A stretch of DNA of 64,000 bases. Source: a virus (taxonomy: Duplodnaviria; Caudoviricetes). The position numbers and the translations under genes were made by a program. The notes beneath the pieces were generated by a model, which was not told where the DNA came from, searched no databases, and was given only the letters and a program-made list of their open reading frames with translations. Positions 1 through 9,663 of this stretch are shown here, piece after piece; position 1 is the stretch's first letter, and each line of letters begins with the position of its first letter. The stretch lies in the IMG/VR virus record IMGVR_UViG_3300028920_000023; one strand, 5' to 3'.

Positions 1-949
1 CATCCAGATGGACCTCGACACCAGCCTTATCAATCGTCGGATCAGGGTCAGACCAATCAATAACAATATTACGATTATTCTTAATATGCTCACCAGCCAA
101 CCACACATAACCCATCGTCTTCAAGCCAAGAATATCGAACTTAACAAAACCCAACTTAGATAACTGAGTACTCCTACCCTCAGTCCACTGACTAGTCCAA
201 GACTTATTATCACCCCTACCCATATACGACAACGGAACAATATTCTCAATAGGCCTATCAGCAATAATCAACCCACCAGCATGAGTACCCTGAGTCTTAA
301 TCTTACCAACAAGACGAAAAGCATAATCAACAATCTTCCTAGTAGTATCATCCCTCTCCCAATACTCATAAAAAGGTTTATACCTAGACAATTCCTTATG
401 CGCTTCAGCCCTAACCTCAGAAGGCAAAGACTTATCCTCAGCCTGCACCTTATACCTCTCAAGATCCTCCAAAGTCAAAGCATCAAACTCATCCGGAATC
501 AATTTACTAAACTTAATAACCTCCCTAAAATCCTCACCCATAGCCCTAGAAACATCCTGCAAAGCACTCTTCGGCTTATACGTAACCCAACTACCAACAC
601 TACAAACATTCTTATACTTATCATAAGCATACCTCTTAATATAATCCCTAGCATGAGGCAAAAAATCAATATCAATATCCGGAAAATCCGTCTGATATAC
701 CCATTTGTGCTCTATAGACTCAGACAAAGGATCAACAGGCGTCATACCCAATAACCAAGGAAGAACCAACCCATTCTTATTATCATCCCACCTCTTCTTA
801 TTGACATAATAATCCACCCAGCGCATAATAACGCCCTGCTTCTCAATCTCATAAAGCTCATCATCTAATCTATCATGATATTCTTCTGGGAGGTTTCTCT
901 TCTTTAATTCTTGCAGGGCTTCCTTCTTAACATCTTCCCAGCTAGCCAT
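1..949 (-). CDS. dnaE: DNA polymerase III alpha (DnaE-like), catalytic part; 3' end lies beyond the left edge of the window
   Basis: Manual translation from the ATG at 949 gives MASWEDVKKEALQELKKRNLPEEYHDRLDDELYEIEKQG...LLGMTPVDPL...DFPDIDIDF...GTHAGGLII...LGFVKFDILGL. These are DnaE catalytic motifs. Not in the ORF track because the ORF is open at the edge. Confidence 0.9.
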   Translation of the reverse strand, partial: MASWEDVKKEALQELKKRNLPEEYHDRLDDELYEIEKQGVIMRWVDYYVNKKRWDDNKNGLVLPWLLGMTPVDPLSESIEHKWVYQTDFPDIDIDFLPHARDYIKRYAYDKYKNVCSVGSWVTYKPKSALQDVSRAMGEDFREVIKFSKLIPDEFDALTLEDLERYKVQAEDKSLPSEVRAEAHKELSRYKPFYEYWERDDTTRKIVDYAFRLVGKIKTQGTHAGGLIIADRPIENIVPLSYMGRGDNKSWTSQWTEGRSTQLSKLGFVKFDILGLKTMGYVWLAGEHIKNNRNIVIDWSDPDPTIDKAGVEVHLD

Positions 950-1355
950 TATATTGTGGTTCCTTAGTCTTAGCAGTTACAGCAGTCATATCCGATAATT
1001 GCTTTATCACAGGATCATCCTGTACGAAATTTACAGAACACTTCTCATAACTAAGAAATAACTTACGAATCCTCTCAACAACCTCAGTATTCTTAATAGC
1101 TTTCCTCTTCCAATCACCACCTTCTCTAGCCAACATCATAGGCACGTACTTCCCACCAACATTAACCGTAGACTGCTTACGATGTTTAGGCAACACACTA
1201 GAAAGAGCCAACTCCACAGCCTTCAACTCAGCCTGATTATTAGTCATTTTAGGAACAGGAACAGACCTAGTCAGATTGTGCTTTTCATGATTAAGACGAA
1301 TCGTAATCGCAGCACCTCTCTTACCATAATTCCGACCATGAACCCACATAATCAT
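942..1355 (-). CDS. RNase HI-fold protein, probably catalytically degenerate
   Basis: TNNQAELKAV matches the RNase HI TNN-AEL-A motif. The first and third acidic catalytic positions read WVHGR and VGGKY instead of YTDG and TDS.Y. Confidence 0.7.
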   Translation of the reverse strand: MIMWVHGRNYGKRGAAITIRLNHEKHNLTRSVPVPKMTNNQAELKAVELALSSVLPKHRKQSTVNVGGKYVPMMLAREGGDWKRKAIKNTEVVERIRKLFLSYEKCSVNFVQDDPVIKQLSDMTAVTAKTKEPQYNG

Positions 1356-1720
1356 ATCTTTGGAACCTCCACACCATGTCTCTTCAACTCATCAACCTTC
1401 ATGTTACAAAACTCTACCAAAAGAGTTTTAGTCTCTAACGGATGAAGCTTATAATTATTTACAATGCGCTCAAGATTATCATATCGAGTATCATTTGCAA
1501 ACATCCTCAACCTCTCGGTCAAGGCCTCAGCAATATAAACCAAAGGTAAACAAATAATATGTGAAATATCTTCTCTGAATTTTTCATCATCCTCAGCAAG
1601 AACAGAATCTATAACATCCGGCCACTTATCTGTAATCTTAGAAATATCTAGGGGACCAGCATACATACGTATTGCATATAAGCTTTTCTTAGCTTCTGAA
1701 ACAAGCTTGTTCTTATCCAT
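1352..1720 (-). CDS. hypothetical protein (122 aa)
   Basis: ORF track; overlaps the next gene by 4 bp and has normal protein composition. Confidence 0.75.
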   Translation of the reverse strand: MDKNKLVSEAKKSLYAIRMYAGPLDISKITDKWPDVIDSVLAEDDEKFREDISHIICLPLVYIAEALTERLRMFANDTRYDNLERIVNNYKLHPLETKTLLVEFCNMKVDELKRHGVEVPKI

Positions 1721-1722
1721 AA

Positions 1723-3213
1723 TTAATCCATAGAAACATTCAACATATAACCACCACGACTAGGGCTCAGGAACCTATTGAAAGACAAACCCTTCCATTT
1801 CAAAGGATCCAAACTGTGAATGCCCAACAAGTAACACACCAAACTACCACCAGCAGAACCACGAGCAGGACCAACCGGCCAATTATGATGATCCGTAGAA
1901 CGTCTAACCAAATCCTGAGTAATTAAGAAATAAGAAGCAAAACCCTTCTCACAAAACCTCTTCAATTCAATCTCAACCTGCTCCCTATACGTCACCTCCC
2001 TGCCATCCATAGGATACTTCTTATCACACTTATCCAAACCACGCTTCTTAAGCTCCCCATAAACAGAAGAGACTAATTTATATTCAGCCTCCTCAGGCGT
2101 ACCTATCGTAGGCAACTTAGGATCTAAACTCGGCTTAAAAGTCTCACACTTTTCAGCAACCTCCAAAGTATTATCACAAGAACTCTCAAATAAACTCCTA
2201 TCAACAAAATCAGAATATAAACCCCTACTAAAAGTAGCCCTCAACTCTGCCCTAGTCTTAAGATACTGCTCACTAGAATTCACATGAAATAACCCAGGAT
2301 CATCATAAGTCATGTCCTGATCTATAGCCATCATCAACTTCTGAAGCATAAAATCACGACGATCCAAATAGTGGCTATCGTTTGATAGTACTGTTTTAAT
2401 ACCCATATTATCCGCAAGAGATGCCAACAATGCAAAAATCTCGGAATCATGCCTTTCCTCATTAAACATAATCCCAGGCATCTGAAGCTCTATATAATAA
2501 TCATCACCAAACACCTCTCTAAATTTCTTAATATAATCTACAGCACCAGTTGTAAATTTTTTAGAATCTAAATTACCTCTTACTAATTCATGACTTACCG
2601 GACCATTCAAACACCCAGACAATATAATCAGCCCCTCACAATGCTTAGCCAACACATCAAACCACACCCTCGGCTTATAGTAGAAACCATTCAGATAAGC
2701 ATGACGATTTATTTTCAAAAGATTCTCATACCCAGTCATATTCTTGCAGATGACTGTCAGATGTCTGTTTCTTCTGAAACGCATCTGTAAATCGGGATCT
2801 TCCTCACCGATATCTTTCATGGTAGCCCCCTGCGATATTAGTTGTTTCCTAAGGGGCTCGTAATCATTATAATAAATCTCACATCCTGAAAGGTATTTTA
2901 TATTATGTTGTTTGGATGCGAAATAAGCATCTGGGACGCTGTTTAGTGTTCCGTGCTCTGTTATGGCTATTGCCGGCCATTTGTTATCTTCGCATTTTTG
3001 GAAGTAGTCTTCTGGGGATGCAACCCCGTCTAGGATGCTGAATAGGGTATGGTTATGGAGGTGGACCATTTCTGTTGGTCCAGGATATAGTTTCTCTGCT
3101 TCTTCTGCTGATAATTCTTGTTCTAGTTCTTGTTCTCGTACTCTAATTTCAGCTTGCGGGGGTTTCTGTTCCGCTTGGGGTTTCTGTTCCGCTTGTGTCT
3201 GCGTCTGTTCCAT
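1723..3213 (-). CDS. dnaE: DNA polymerase III alpha (DnaE-like), N-terminal PHP part
   Basis: VHLHNHTLFSILDG, AITEHG, GCEIY, YYKPR, LSGCLNG, SNDSHY and RGSAGGSLVCYLLGI are PHP/DnaE motifs. The ORF stops at FNRFLSPSR, just before the PDIDIDF motif. Confidence 0.92.
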   Translation of the reverse strand: MEQTQTQAEQKPQAEQKPPQAEIRVREQELEQELSAEEAEKLYPGPTEMVHLHNHTLFSILDGVASPEDYFQKCEDNKWPAIAITEHGTLNSVPDAYFASKQHNIKYLSGCEIYYNDYEPLRKQLISQGATMKDIGEEDPDLQMRFRRNRHLTVICKNMTGYENLLKINRHAYLNGFYYKPRVWFDVLAKHCEGLIILSGCLNGPVSHELVRGNLDSKKFTTGAVDYIKKFREVFGDDYYIELQMPGIMFNEERHDSEIFALLASLADNMGIKTVLSNDSHYLDRRDFMLQKLMMAIDQDMTYDDPGLFHVNSSEQYLKTRAELRATFSRGLYSDFVDRSLFESSCDNTLEVAEKCETFKPSLDPKLPTIGTPEEAEYKLVSSVYGELKKRGLDKCDKKYPMDGREVTYREQVEIELKRFCEKGFASYFLITQDLVRRSTDHHNWPVGPARGSAGGSLVCYLLGIHSLDPLKWKGLSFNRFLSPSRGGYMLNVSMD

Positions 3214-3556
3214 TCGTGTCCGCCTTTTCTGTCTTCATCGTCTCTAATATCATCCGACGCAGAGGCGTAATCATCTTCCTGACCTCATTAAGGCCATTCC
3301 TAGCCCTTCGGCCTGCGGATTTATTATTACCATCAATAGATTTCTGGGCATTTGAGGCAATATCTTGTGCCACGTCAATAAGCTTCTGGAGCTCAGGATC
3401 ATATTCCTCAGTGACCTGTACCACATCCGTATCGACTTCCGCTGGTTTTCCTTCTGACATAGCTTTCTGAGCCTCCACGCAACCTTTGAGATGAAGATTA
3501 AACCCAGCGGAACTCGTACAGAGTTTACCGCATACGCATTGATGGAATTTGTTCAT
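3149..3556 (-). CDS. Hc1/histone H1-like small DNA-binding protein with an N-terminal Cys/His cluster
   Basis: GNNKSAGRRARNGLNEVRKMITPLRRMI resembles the GNKAAGTRARK motif of bacterial Hc1-like proteins. The start at 3556 overlaps the upstream stop (ATGA). Confidence 0.55.
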   Translation of the reverse strand: MNKFHQCVCGKLCTSSAGFNLHLKGCVEAQKAMSEGKPAEVDTDVVQVTEEYDPELQKLIDVAQDIASNAQKSIDGNNKSAGRRARNGLNEVRKMITPLRRMILETMKTEKADTNGTDADTSGTETPSGTETPAS

Positions 3557-6069
3557 ACCGACTCGGGATCTGTAGTTGAACAGGCATCGGGAGGCAAACA
3601 CATCCTATAAGTAACCGAGATAACACCAGTAATCCTACCAGGTCTTCTAACAGAATCCCAAAGACCAGCAAGAACGACCGCATCAACAGGCTCATCTCCA
3701 CTCTGATCATCACCTAAAATATTGATATAATGATCAAGCTTGATGTACTGTGTCAATGGATCAATATTATTGTCGTCATCCCGACCACCCGGATTATTAG
3801 CCTCCAGCCCATTGGTTACCGAAGTCACAAAATCCTGCACGTCACGAGTTATATACCTACCATCCCTAACAACCTGAGATCTAGTCAACAGATTACCGGC
3901 ATCATCATACTTATACTCATCATACAACGGAGGCGGATTCGCAGTACGATCACCATCCGGATCCACATGTGCACCATCAGGCCAAACATTACCCTTCGTG
4001 GAGACCCTAGCTATAATCCTCTTATGCTGAGAATCCAAAATCTCATAAGCATCACCAACAGCAGGACGATCAGTACCATCACCAAGCGTAGGCCAAGGAC
4101 GACGCAAAATCAAAGTATCAGAAGTATTATCACGAATAGTCCTACTAACACCAGCGAAAGCACCATCAACCATCGTAACCCGATAACCATTATTAGCAGG
4201 AAAATCCCCACCATCATCATTATCGCGTTCACGCCACTGACCAGCAACCCAAGACTGACCAGAATCAATCAAATTACGCCTAGTAGAAGCAACCTGAGTA
4301 ACAGTCCCAGAACCATCCGCAGGAGGACCATCCGGAGTAGTAGAAGACAAAGCCGTCAAACTATCACTCAAATTATTATGAATCGTATGACCATCACCAC
4401 GAAGATTATCCCTCTTATTCTCATAAGGTTCCCGATCACCAGGCCACTCCTGACGAGTAGACCTATTAGACACCGGATCACCCTGACGACGCTCAAGCGT
4501 AACCAAATCGAAAGTATAATAATTCCTCAAAGAATACTCAGCATTCGAAGAATTACGCGCAACACGAACAGCCGCAGTCAAATCCAACAAATACATATTC
4601 ACAGCCTGCCTATGAACCTTCACAGGCGTCAAATACTCATAATCCTTATTAATATTACCACGGAACTGCTGAGTATGACTCCTGCCAATAATAGGAACAG
4701 TCAACTGGAAAATATCAACACTCACCCACGCCCCAGTCTCCAGCGGGTCTAAAGAACGAACAACATCCGGATCATAATACCACTGAATATTCCTAGAAGT
4801 ATCAAACCAAACCCTACAATCCGGAACAGCCGCATTAGAATCCCCAGAAGTAGCCGGAATCTCAGGACAATCACGCTGAACACAAATAGCAGACTCACCA
4901 CCAACCGAAACCGGCAACCACCCAGTATTACCACCATCATTAAACACCTTCACCCACAAAGTATCATTCTCAGTGGGCTCATCAGAACCAACCGCATCAC
5001 CACTACTCCGACCATAAATCGCACCAATCGGAGCATAAACATAACCCTCAGGACTACCAGCACCAAACTTTACATTGTCGCCAGTAACGAATCCAGAAAT
5101 ATTAGCAGTAGCATTTCCAGGAGCATTAGCAGCATTACTAACACTCCCAGCGATAATATGATTCGTAGCAACCACATCACCATAGACATCCAAACCCTCT
5201 TTAGAAAAAATGCCACGAACACCAGGACACTCACCAGCCTCGCCCGTATAAAACCTAATCGTCCCATCAGAAACCGTATCACCATCAACCCGCAACTCAA
5301 TAGCACAAGAACCATGCGCAGTAGGAGAATCTATACCACACTCAGCAGTCTCCTGAAACTGCACATTCTGACTAATAAACGAATGCTCAGAATCATCACC
5401 AGAAAAACCAACCATAGACTGAAAACGACCAAAAGTCTGACCCGACTGAACACGATACTCACGATTGCCACCAACGCTATCTAAATAAACATCCCCACCA
5501 GAAACCCACAACCTATTACCAAGACCACTAGAAACCTCACCAGTACCAATAAGAACATTACCCTCAGAATCACCACGCATCAACTCAGAAATAACACCAT
5601 CAGAATCCGTAGTAGCAAACTGAATATAACCAGACTTATCACCATCAACATCATTCTCCTTACGACCAGCAATAGTAGCAAAAGCAAAAGCCGAATAATC
5701 AGACTCAGCAGAACGACCACTAAACCTCAACTGAGGGCCAACATCCTTAGCAGGACAATTACAACTAATAAGACGAATATTACCAGCCAACTCACCAGAA
5801 TCAACAACATCAGATTCTAACTGGAAACCAGCACTACTACGATAAATCTTCTGGCCAAAAATCTCAAACTGATCTGAGTAAGTATCTACAAAGACTTTCT
5901 CAGTAGAACCCGTACCACCCCTGGAAATACCCAGAGGCTGGTCAGAATCCGCAATGGCATTAGTCAGAGCTAACTGATAAGCCTGTTCAGCCTTATCCGC
6001 AACCTCTTGGATAAGATCCTCATAACGCCTAATCCCATCACGACTATTCTCGCCCATAATCACCCCCAT
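3553..6069 (-). CDS. large (838 aa) putative virion/tail-fibre-related protein
   Basis: Long ORF rich in Gly/Ser/Asp/Thr and beta-type segments, with a WFDTSRNIQWYY segment of the kind seen in fibre proteins. The function is inferred. Confidence 0.5.
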   Translation of the reverse strand: MGVIMGENSRDGIRRYEDLIQEVADKAEQAYQLALTNAIADSDQPLGISRGGTGSTEKVFVDTYSDQFEIFGQKIYRSSAGFQLESDVVDSGELAGNIRLISCNCPAKDVGPQLRFSGRSAESDYSAFAFATIAGRKENDVDGDKSGYIQFATTDSDGVISELMRGDSEGNVLIGTGEVSSGLGNRLWVSGGDVYLDSVGGNREYRVQSGQTFGRFQSMVGFSGDDSEHSFISQNVQFQETAECGIDSPTAHGSCAIELRVDGDTVSDGTIRFYTGEAGECPGVRGIFSKEGLDVYGDVVATNHIIAGSVSNAANAPGNATANISGFVTGDNVKFGAGSPEGYVYAPIGAIYGRSSGDAVGSDEPTENDTLWVKVFNDGGNTGWLPVSVGGESAICVQRDCPEIPATSGDSNAAVPDCRVWFDTSRNIQWYYDPDVVRSLDPLETGAWVSVDIFQLTVPIIGRSHTQQFRGNINKDYEYLTPVKVHRQAVNMYLLDLTAAVRVARNSSNAEYSLRNYYTFDLVTLERRQGDPVSNRSTRQEWPGDREPYENKRDNLRGDGHTIHNNLSDSLTALSSTTPDGPPADGSGTVTQVASTRRNLIDSGQSWVAGQWRERDNDDGGDFPANNGYRVTMVDGAFAGVSRTIRDNTSDTLILRRPWPTLGDGTDRPAVGDAYEILDSQHKRIIARVSTKGNVWPDGAHVDPDGDRTANPPPLYDEYKYDDAGNLLTRSQVVRDGRYITRDVQDFVTSVTNGLEANNPGGRDDDNNIDPLTQYIKLDHYINILGDDQSGDEPVDAVVLAGLWDSVRRPGRITGVISVTYRMCLPPDACSTTDPESV

Positions 6070-6099
6070 TGGTATCTCTAATTATATTTGTAAAGGGGT

Positions 6100-6387
6100 C
6101 TAGAATAAAACACCCTCATTATCGATACACATAACATCCCGATAATCAATAAAAGCATAATCTGCACGATGTGGATCCTTCCTATCCGGCTCAATAATAT
6201 GGACAGGACAATGAAACTCAAAATAAGGACCCTCCTTATTAACCAGGATCCTATCACCAACCTCCAAACCAGAGACACCGCAGCCAATACCGACCACGGT
6301 GCCTCTAGAAGCATCTCCCTCTGATTCAAGCCTAATCAAGATATACGAGCCATAAGGCTTAACGGGCAATTCATTCTTCATCTTCAT
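6100..6387 (-). CDS. groES: GroES/Cpn10-like protein lacking the mobile loop
   Basis: VKPYGSYILIR...GTVVGIGCG...LEVGDRILV...FIDYRDVM follows the GroES pattern (iKPL.DRVLV..G.VVAVG.G..VkVGD.Vl..i..eDIL). Confidence 0.65.
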   Translation of the reverse strand: MKMKNELPVKPYGSYILIRLESEGDASRGTVVGIGCGVSGLEVGDRILVNKEGPYFEFHCPVHIIEPDRKDPHRADYAFIDYRDVMCIDNEGVLF

Positions 6388-7423
6388 GGAGTTCAGCAGC
6401 AGCCAAACAACCCTTGCTCACAGCGTGCAGAGGATCCGCAGCATGGCGAATCTCACCAATAGGAATCTGCAAATCATCCTTCTTCCTACCAAATTCTTTC
6501 CTCAAAAGATCAATAAAACCCTTAGGCATAGAAGTACCACCAGCATTAATAACCGGAACCGGCTCCGGAAACCTCACCTTATCGCGATTCTCATTAAAAC
6601 CACGAACAATACCATTAACAACATTCTCAATCATAATCTCATACATAATCTTAATAGTCTGATCAACCTTATTATCATAATTCATCAAAGACAAATCAAT
6701 CTTCTGCTTAGCATGAGCAATCGTAGTCGGAGTCTCAGCATAATCACCATTCGGATTAGACGGATCATAGCCAAACCGAACAGCCGCATCAGAATCCACC
6801 CTATCACCCGCACCAACCAAACAAAACTCAAAAATCGGAACACCAGCAAAACCAGCATGCACAGTAATCGTACCAGCACCCCAACTAATCCCAATAGCAG
6901 GACCAATCTCATCTAAAACCAAACACCTAGCCTCATTAATATGAAAAGCACTAATCTTACCACCACCAACAAACTTCTCAACCAACAACTTCACAATCTT
7001 CTTATGAAAATCAACATTCAAACGCTCATCATTCAAAGCCTTAGCCGTAGTACAATAATACAAAACCGTATCATCCTTCACATCCTGCCCCAACGCATTC
7101 ATAATAATCGACTTAACAATAATAGCCATAATCTCCTGAGCATTCTCATCCGTCTTAGAAACACCACCCTCAGCCATCGGGCGCTGTAAAGTCTTATTAA
7201 ACATATAAGCCAACTTCTCAGCCTTAGAGCCAATAGCAATCAACTGATCGCCATAAGGAACATAAGGAACACCCTGTTTCTTAAGAAGATTCTCAGTAAA
7301 TTTATCACCCCTACGCAAATCAATATAACCATTCACCTCATGAATGCTCTTAACCTCACCATCTTCCGTTTTCCAGGACAACACAATGTGCTTAGTACCT
7401 AAATCAAGTCCTAATCTATCCAT
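6371..7423 (-). CDS. actin-fold ATPase (MreB/FtsA/ParM-like)
   Basis: Phosphate-1 GLDLGTKH, connect-1 INEARC, phosphate-2-like GISWGAGT, adenosine NAGGTS, connect-2 PLHAVSKG. The ORF track extends to 7684, but that part overlaps another ORF; the Met at 7423 is the more likely start. Confidence 0.82.
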   Translation of the reverse strand: MDRLGLDLGTKHIVLSWKTEDGEVKSIHEVNGYIDLRRGDKFTENLLKKQGVPYVPYGDQLIAIGSKAEKLAYMFNKTLQRPMAEGGVSKTDENAQEIMAIIVKSIIMNALGQDVKDDTVLYYCTTAKALNDERLNVDFHKKIVKLLVEKFVGGGKISAFHINEARCLVLDEIGPAIGISWGAGTITVHAGFAGVPIFEFCLVGAGDRVDSDAAVRFGYDPSNPNGDYAETPTTIAHAKQKIDLSLMNYDNKVDQTIKIMYEIMIENVVNGIVRGFNENRDKVRFPEPVPVINAGGTSMPKGFIDLLRKEFGRKKDDLQIPIGEIRHAADPLHAVSKGCLAAAELHEDEE

Positions 7424-7448
7424 GATTGGTCTCCCGCTTTTCTTAATG

Positions 7449-7730
7449 TTATTTATTGGTTTGGTCTTGCCCGAGATTAACTTCGGGCGTTTTGAAATTT
7501 TCGAACTTATCTTCGAAGTCCTGTAATCTTTCCTCATCCGTAACGGCTGGAGGAGATTTAATAAATCCTTCTTGGTTATCGTGTGATCCGGATCTATGTT
7601 CGGTGATATCGGCTTTTTCGGAGTTCTTCCCGGAACCATGTGTGAATACGTGAATTTCCGGGACATTAATATTGACCTCCACAACGACTTTAGGAGGCCC
7701 CAACAGCCATCTGAGGAATCTACCTAACAT
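7449..7730 (-). CDS. hypothetical protein (93 aa)
   Basis: ORF track; fills the gap between neighbours and overlaps the upstream gene by a few bases. Confidence 0.55.
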   Translation of the reverse strand: MLGRFLRWLLGPPKVVVEVNINVPEIHVFTHGSGKNSEKADITEHRSGSHDNQEGFIKSPPAVTDEERLQDFEDKFENFKTPEVNLGQDQTNK

Positions 7731-8272
7731 CGTCTTATATTTGCAAATATCTTAGAGTACTCCCTAAAATCCTCCTCAAACTCAAACTCCAACCTATCTA
7801 TCTCAGTAAACGACTCACTCGGACTCCTAGAACCATCAGACATAAACCACTGAACAAAAACCTCATAAGCATTCCTACCAACCACAACACCCTTCCTATC
7901 ACCAGACCTAACCAAAACAGGAGGCTGCTTCACCTTATGCCTCCTCTCATCCCACAAACCATCTATCTTATTAACATCATCCCCATAATTAACAAGAGCA
8001 ACAATCCTAGCAAACTCATAAGATCTCCTAGGCTTCTCCCTAGACCTACACCACCACCCCTCACCAACATACTTCCACTGCAACTCCTCACCCGTATCAG
8101 GACTAGTAAACACAAACCAAGAAGTAGGAAACCTACCAATCTTATCAACAAAATCCCCCTCAAAATCAACACCACCCTTCTTATACCTAGAAATAAGCCT
8201 CTTACGATCCTCCTTATAAGGTTCCTCAGGACGCATTCTAGGAACAAATAACTCTCTAGGTCTTCTCTGCAT
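7724..8272 (-). CDS. hypothetical protein (182 aa)
   Basis: ORF track; codon bias matches neighbouring minus-strand genes. Confidence 0.7.
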   Translation of the reverse strand: MQRRPRELFVPRMRPEEPYKEDRKRLISRYKKGGVDFEGDFVDKIGRFPTSWFVFTSPDTGEELQWKYVGEGWWCRSREKPRRSYEFARIVALVNYGDDVNKIDGLWDERRHKVKQPPVLVRSGDRKGVVVGRNAYEVFVQWFMSDGSRSPSESFTEIDRLEFEFEEDFREYSKIFANIRRC

Positions 8273-8487
8273 AACTCTACTTACGCCTAAAAAGACCCCT
8301 AAGAGAATCAGTCAAACCACCCTTATAAAGAATACTCCGTATCGTCAAAACAATCATAGAAACATATACCAAAAACGGAATAAGAGATAACAACAACCAC
8401 CACCAAGAATATTGAAACGCATACAATCTCAATACGGTAACCGAGAAAAGAATACTGACAGAGATTATAATAACGGTTTTAAAATCG

Positions 8488-9651
8488 CTAATTTTTAGCT
8501 CCTTCTAATTCCGCGATGCGTTTCTTTAGATTTTGAATTTCCTCACTATTCTCCTGAGATTTCCGTATCGTGCTCTGCAGGCCAGCTGCTAAAATGGGCG
8601 TTATTTTGCCATAATCTATCATTTGATAAATAGGCTTCCCATCATCATCTTCTGCATCCGGCACACCCGTAACAGCTGCTGGAATAACTAATTGTAATTC
8701 ATCAGCAATAAAGCCTAATTGTACAGTCTGTTTTGGATCAGAAATAAATTCAAATAATCGTGGTTTAAGTTGCATCACTTGTTGTGCGGCTTGAAGATCT
8801 GGAATATACCTGATATTGTCCTTTAATCGTCGGTCAGAAGCTGAACCGTAAGTCGTTGACGGTCCAGCTTGTGTAACGGAGATAGAACCACAATTCGTCG
8901 TATCTCTCACAAAACCAATTGCGTCTCCATCTGCAGCGCTTCGATTCACCTGTATACCCACATAACCAAGTGAGGCATAAGCTACGTCGATAATAATGCC
9001 GTTATTTACTGTACCGCAATCAATCTCTAATTTACCCGCATTTTCCTGAGCATTCTTATTGATAAGAATTTGACCATTAGTGTCAATACGCATAGATTCA
9101 ACCCAGGTCGTATCACCACCGCTGGTAGTTGATCGATACCAGACGTGTTCTGCGTTTCCGTTGTCATTTATGAGGTAGAGTGCTGCTTTGGCGGAGTCGT
9201 GGTGTTCCCATGCTCCACCAGAGCTTTGATAGGAGTTGGCTGCTAGACTTATTCTTTGGGTGCTTCCTGAATTTTGTGCGGCTACGTTTATTGAGCCGAT
9301 TCTTAGAGCGGTTGTTCCTGTATTCCAGACGTCTGGTGCTGTTCCGATTCCTACGTTTCCTTCTGGGTTGATTTGTAGGGCTAGGTCTGGGTCTGTACTG
9401 TCTGTGAGGTTGTTTATTTGTAAATTACCATTATAACTAGTCAATTCCCATCCAGGCGAGGTATTATCCTCCTGAATCAACAAAGAAGGAGCACCGCTAA
9501 ATAAAGTCAAACTCTCTAGTGTAGGATTCTGGTCTAATGGACCAGTTGCACCTGTGTTGCCCTGAGGCCCCGTGGGTCCTGTTACCCCCGTCGGACCCGT
9601 CGGTCCTGTAGCACCCCGAAAAGTAATATTCTGTAAAGTACTAGTGCCCAT
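8488..9651 (-). CDS. tail/virion fibre protein with a short collagen-like N-terminus and a C-terminal intramolecular chaperone (peptidase S74-like)
   Basis: [10 protein letters not shown] repeats; SDRRLKDNI...LKPRLFEF...LGFIADEL...IDYGKITPILAAGLQ chaperone signature. Confidence 0.85.
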   Translation of the reverse strand: MGTSTLQNITFRGATGPTGPTGVTGPTGPQGNTGATGPLDQNPTLESLTLFSGAPSLLIQEDNTSPGWELTSYNGNLQINNLTDSTDPDLALQINPEGNVGIGTAPDVWNTGTTALRIGSINVAAQNSGSTQRISLAANSYQSSGGAWEHHDSAKAALYLINDNGNAEHVWYRSTTSGGDTTWVESMRIDTNGQILINKNAQENAGKLEIDCGTVNNGIIIDVAYASLGYVGIQVNRSAADGDAIGFVRDTTNCGSISVTQAGPSTTYGSASDRRLKDNIRYIPDLQAAQQVMQLKPRLFEFISDPKQTVQLGFIADELQLVIPAAVTGVPDAEDDDGKPIYQMIDYGKITPILAAGLQSTIRKSQENSEEIQNLKKRIAELEGAKN

Positions 9652-9663
9652 ATAAATCTCCTC

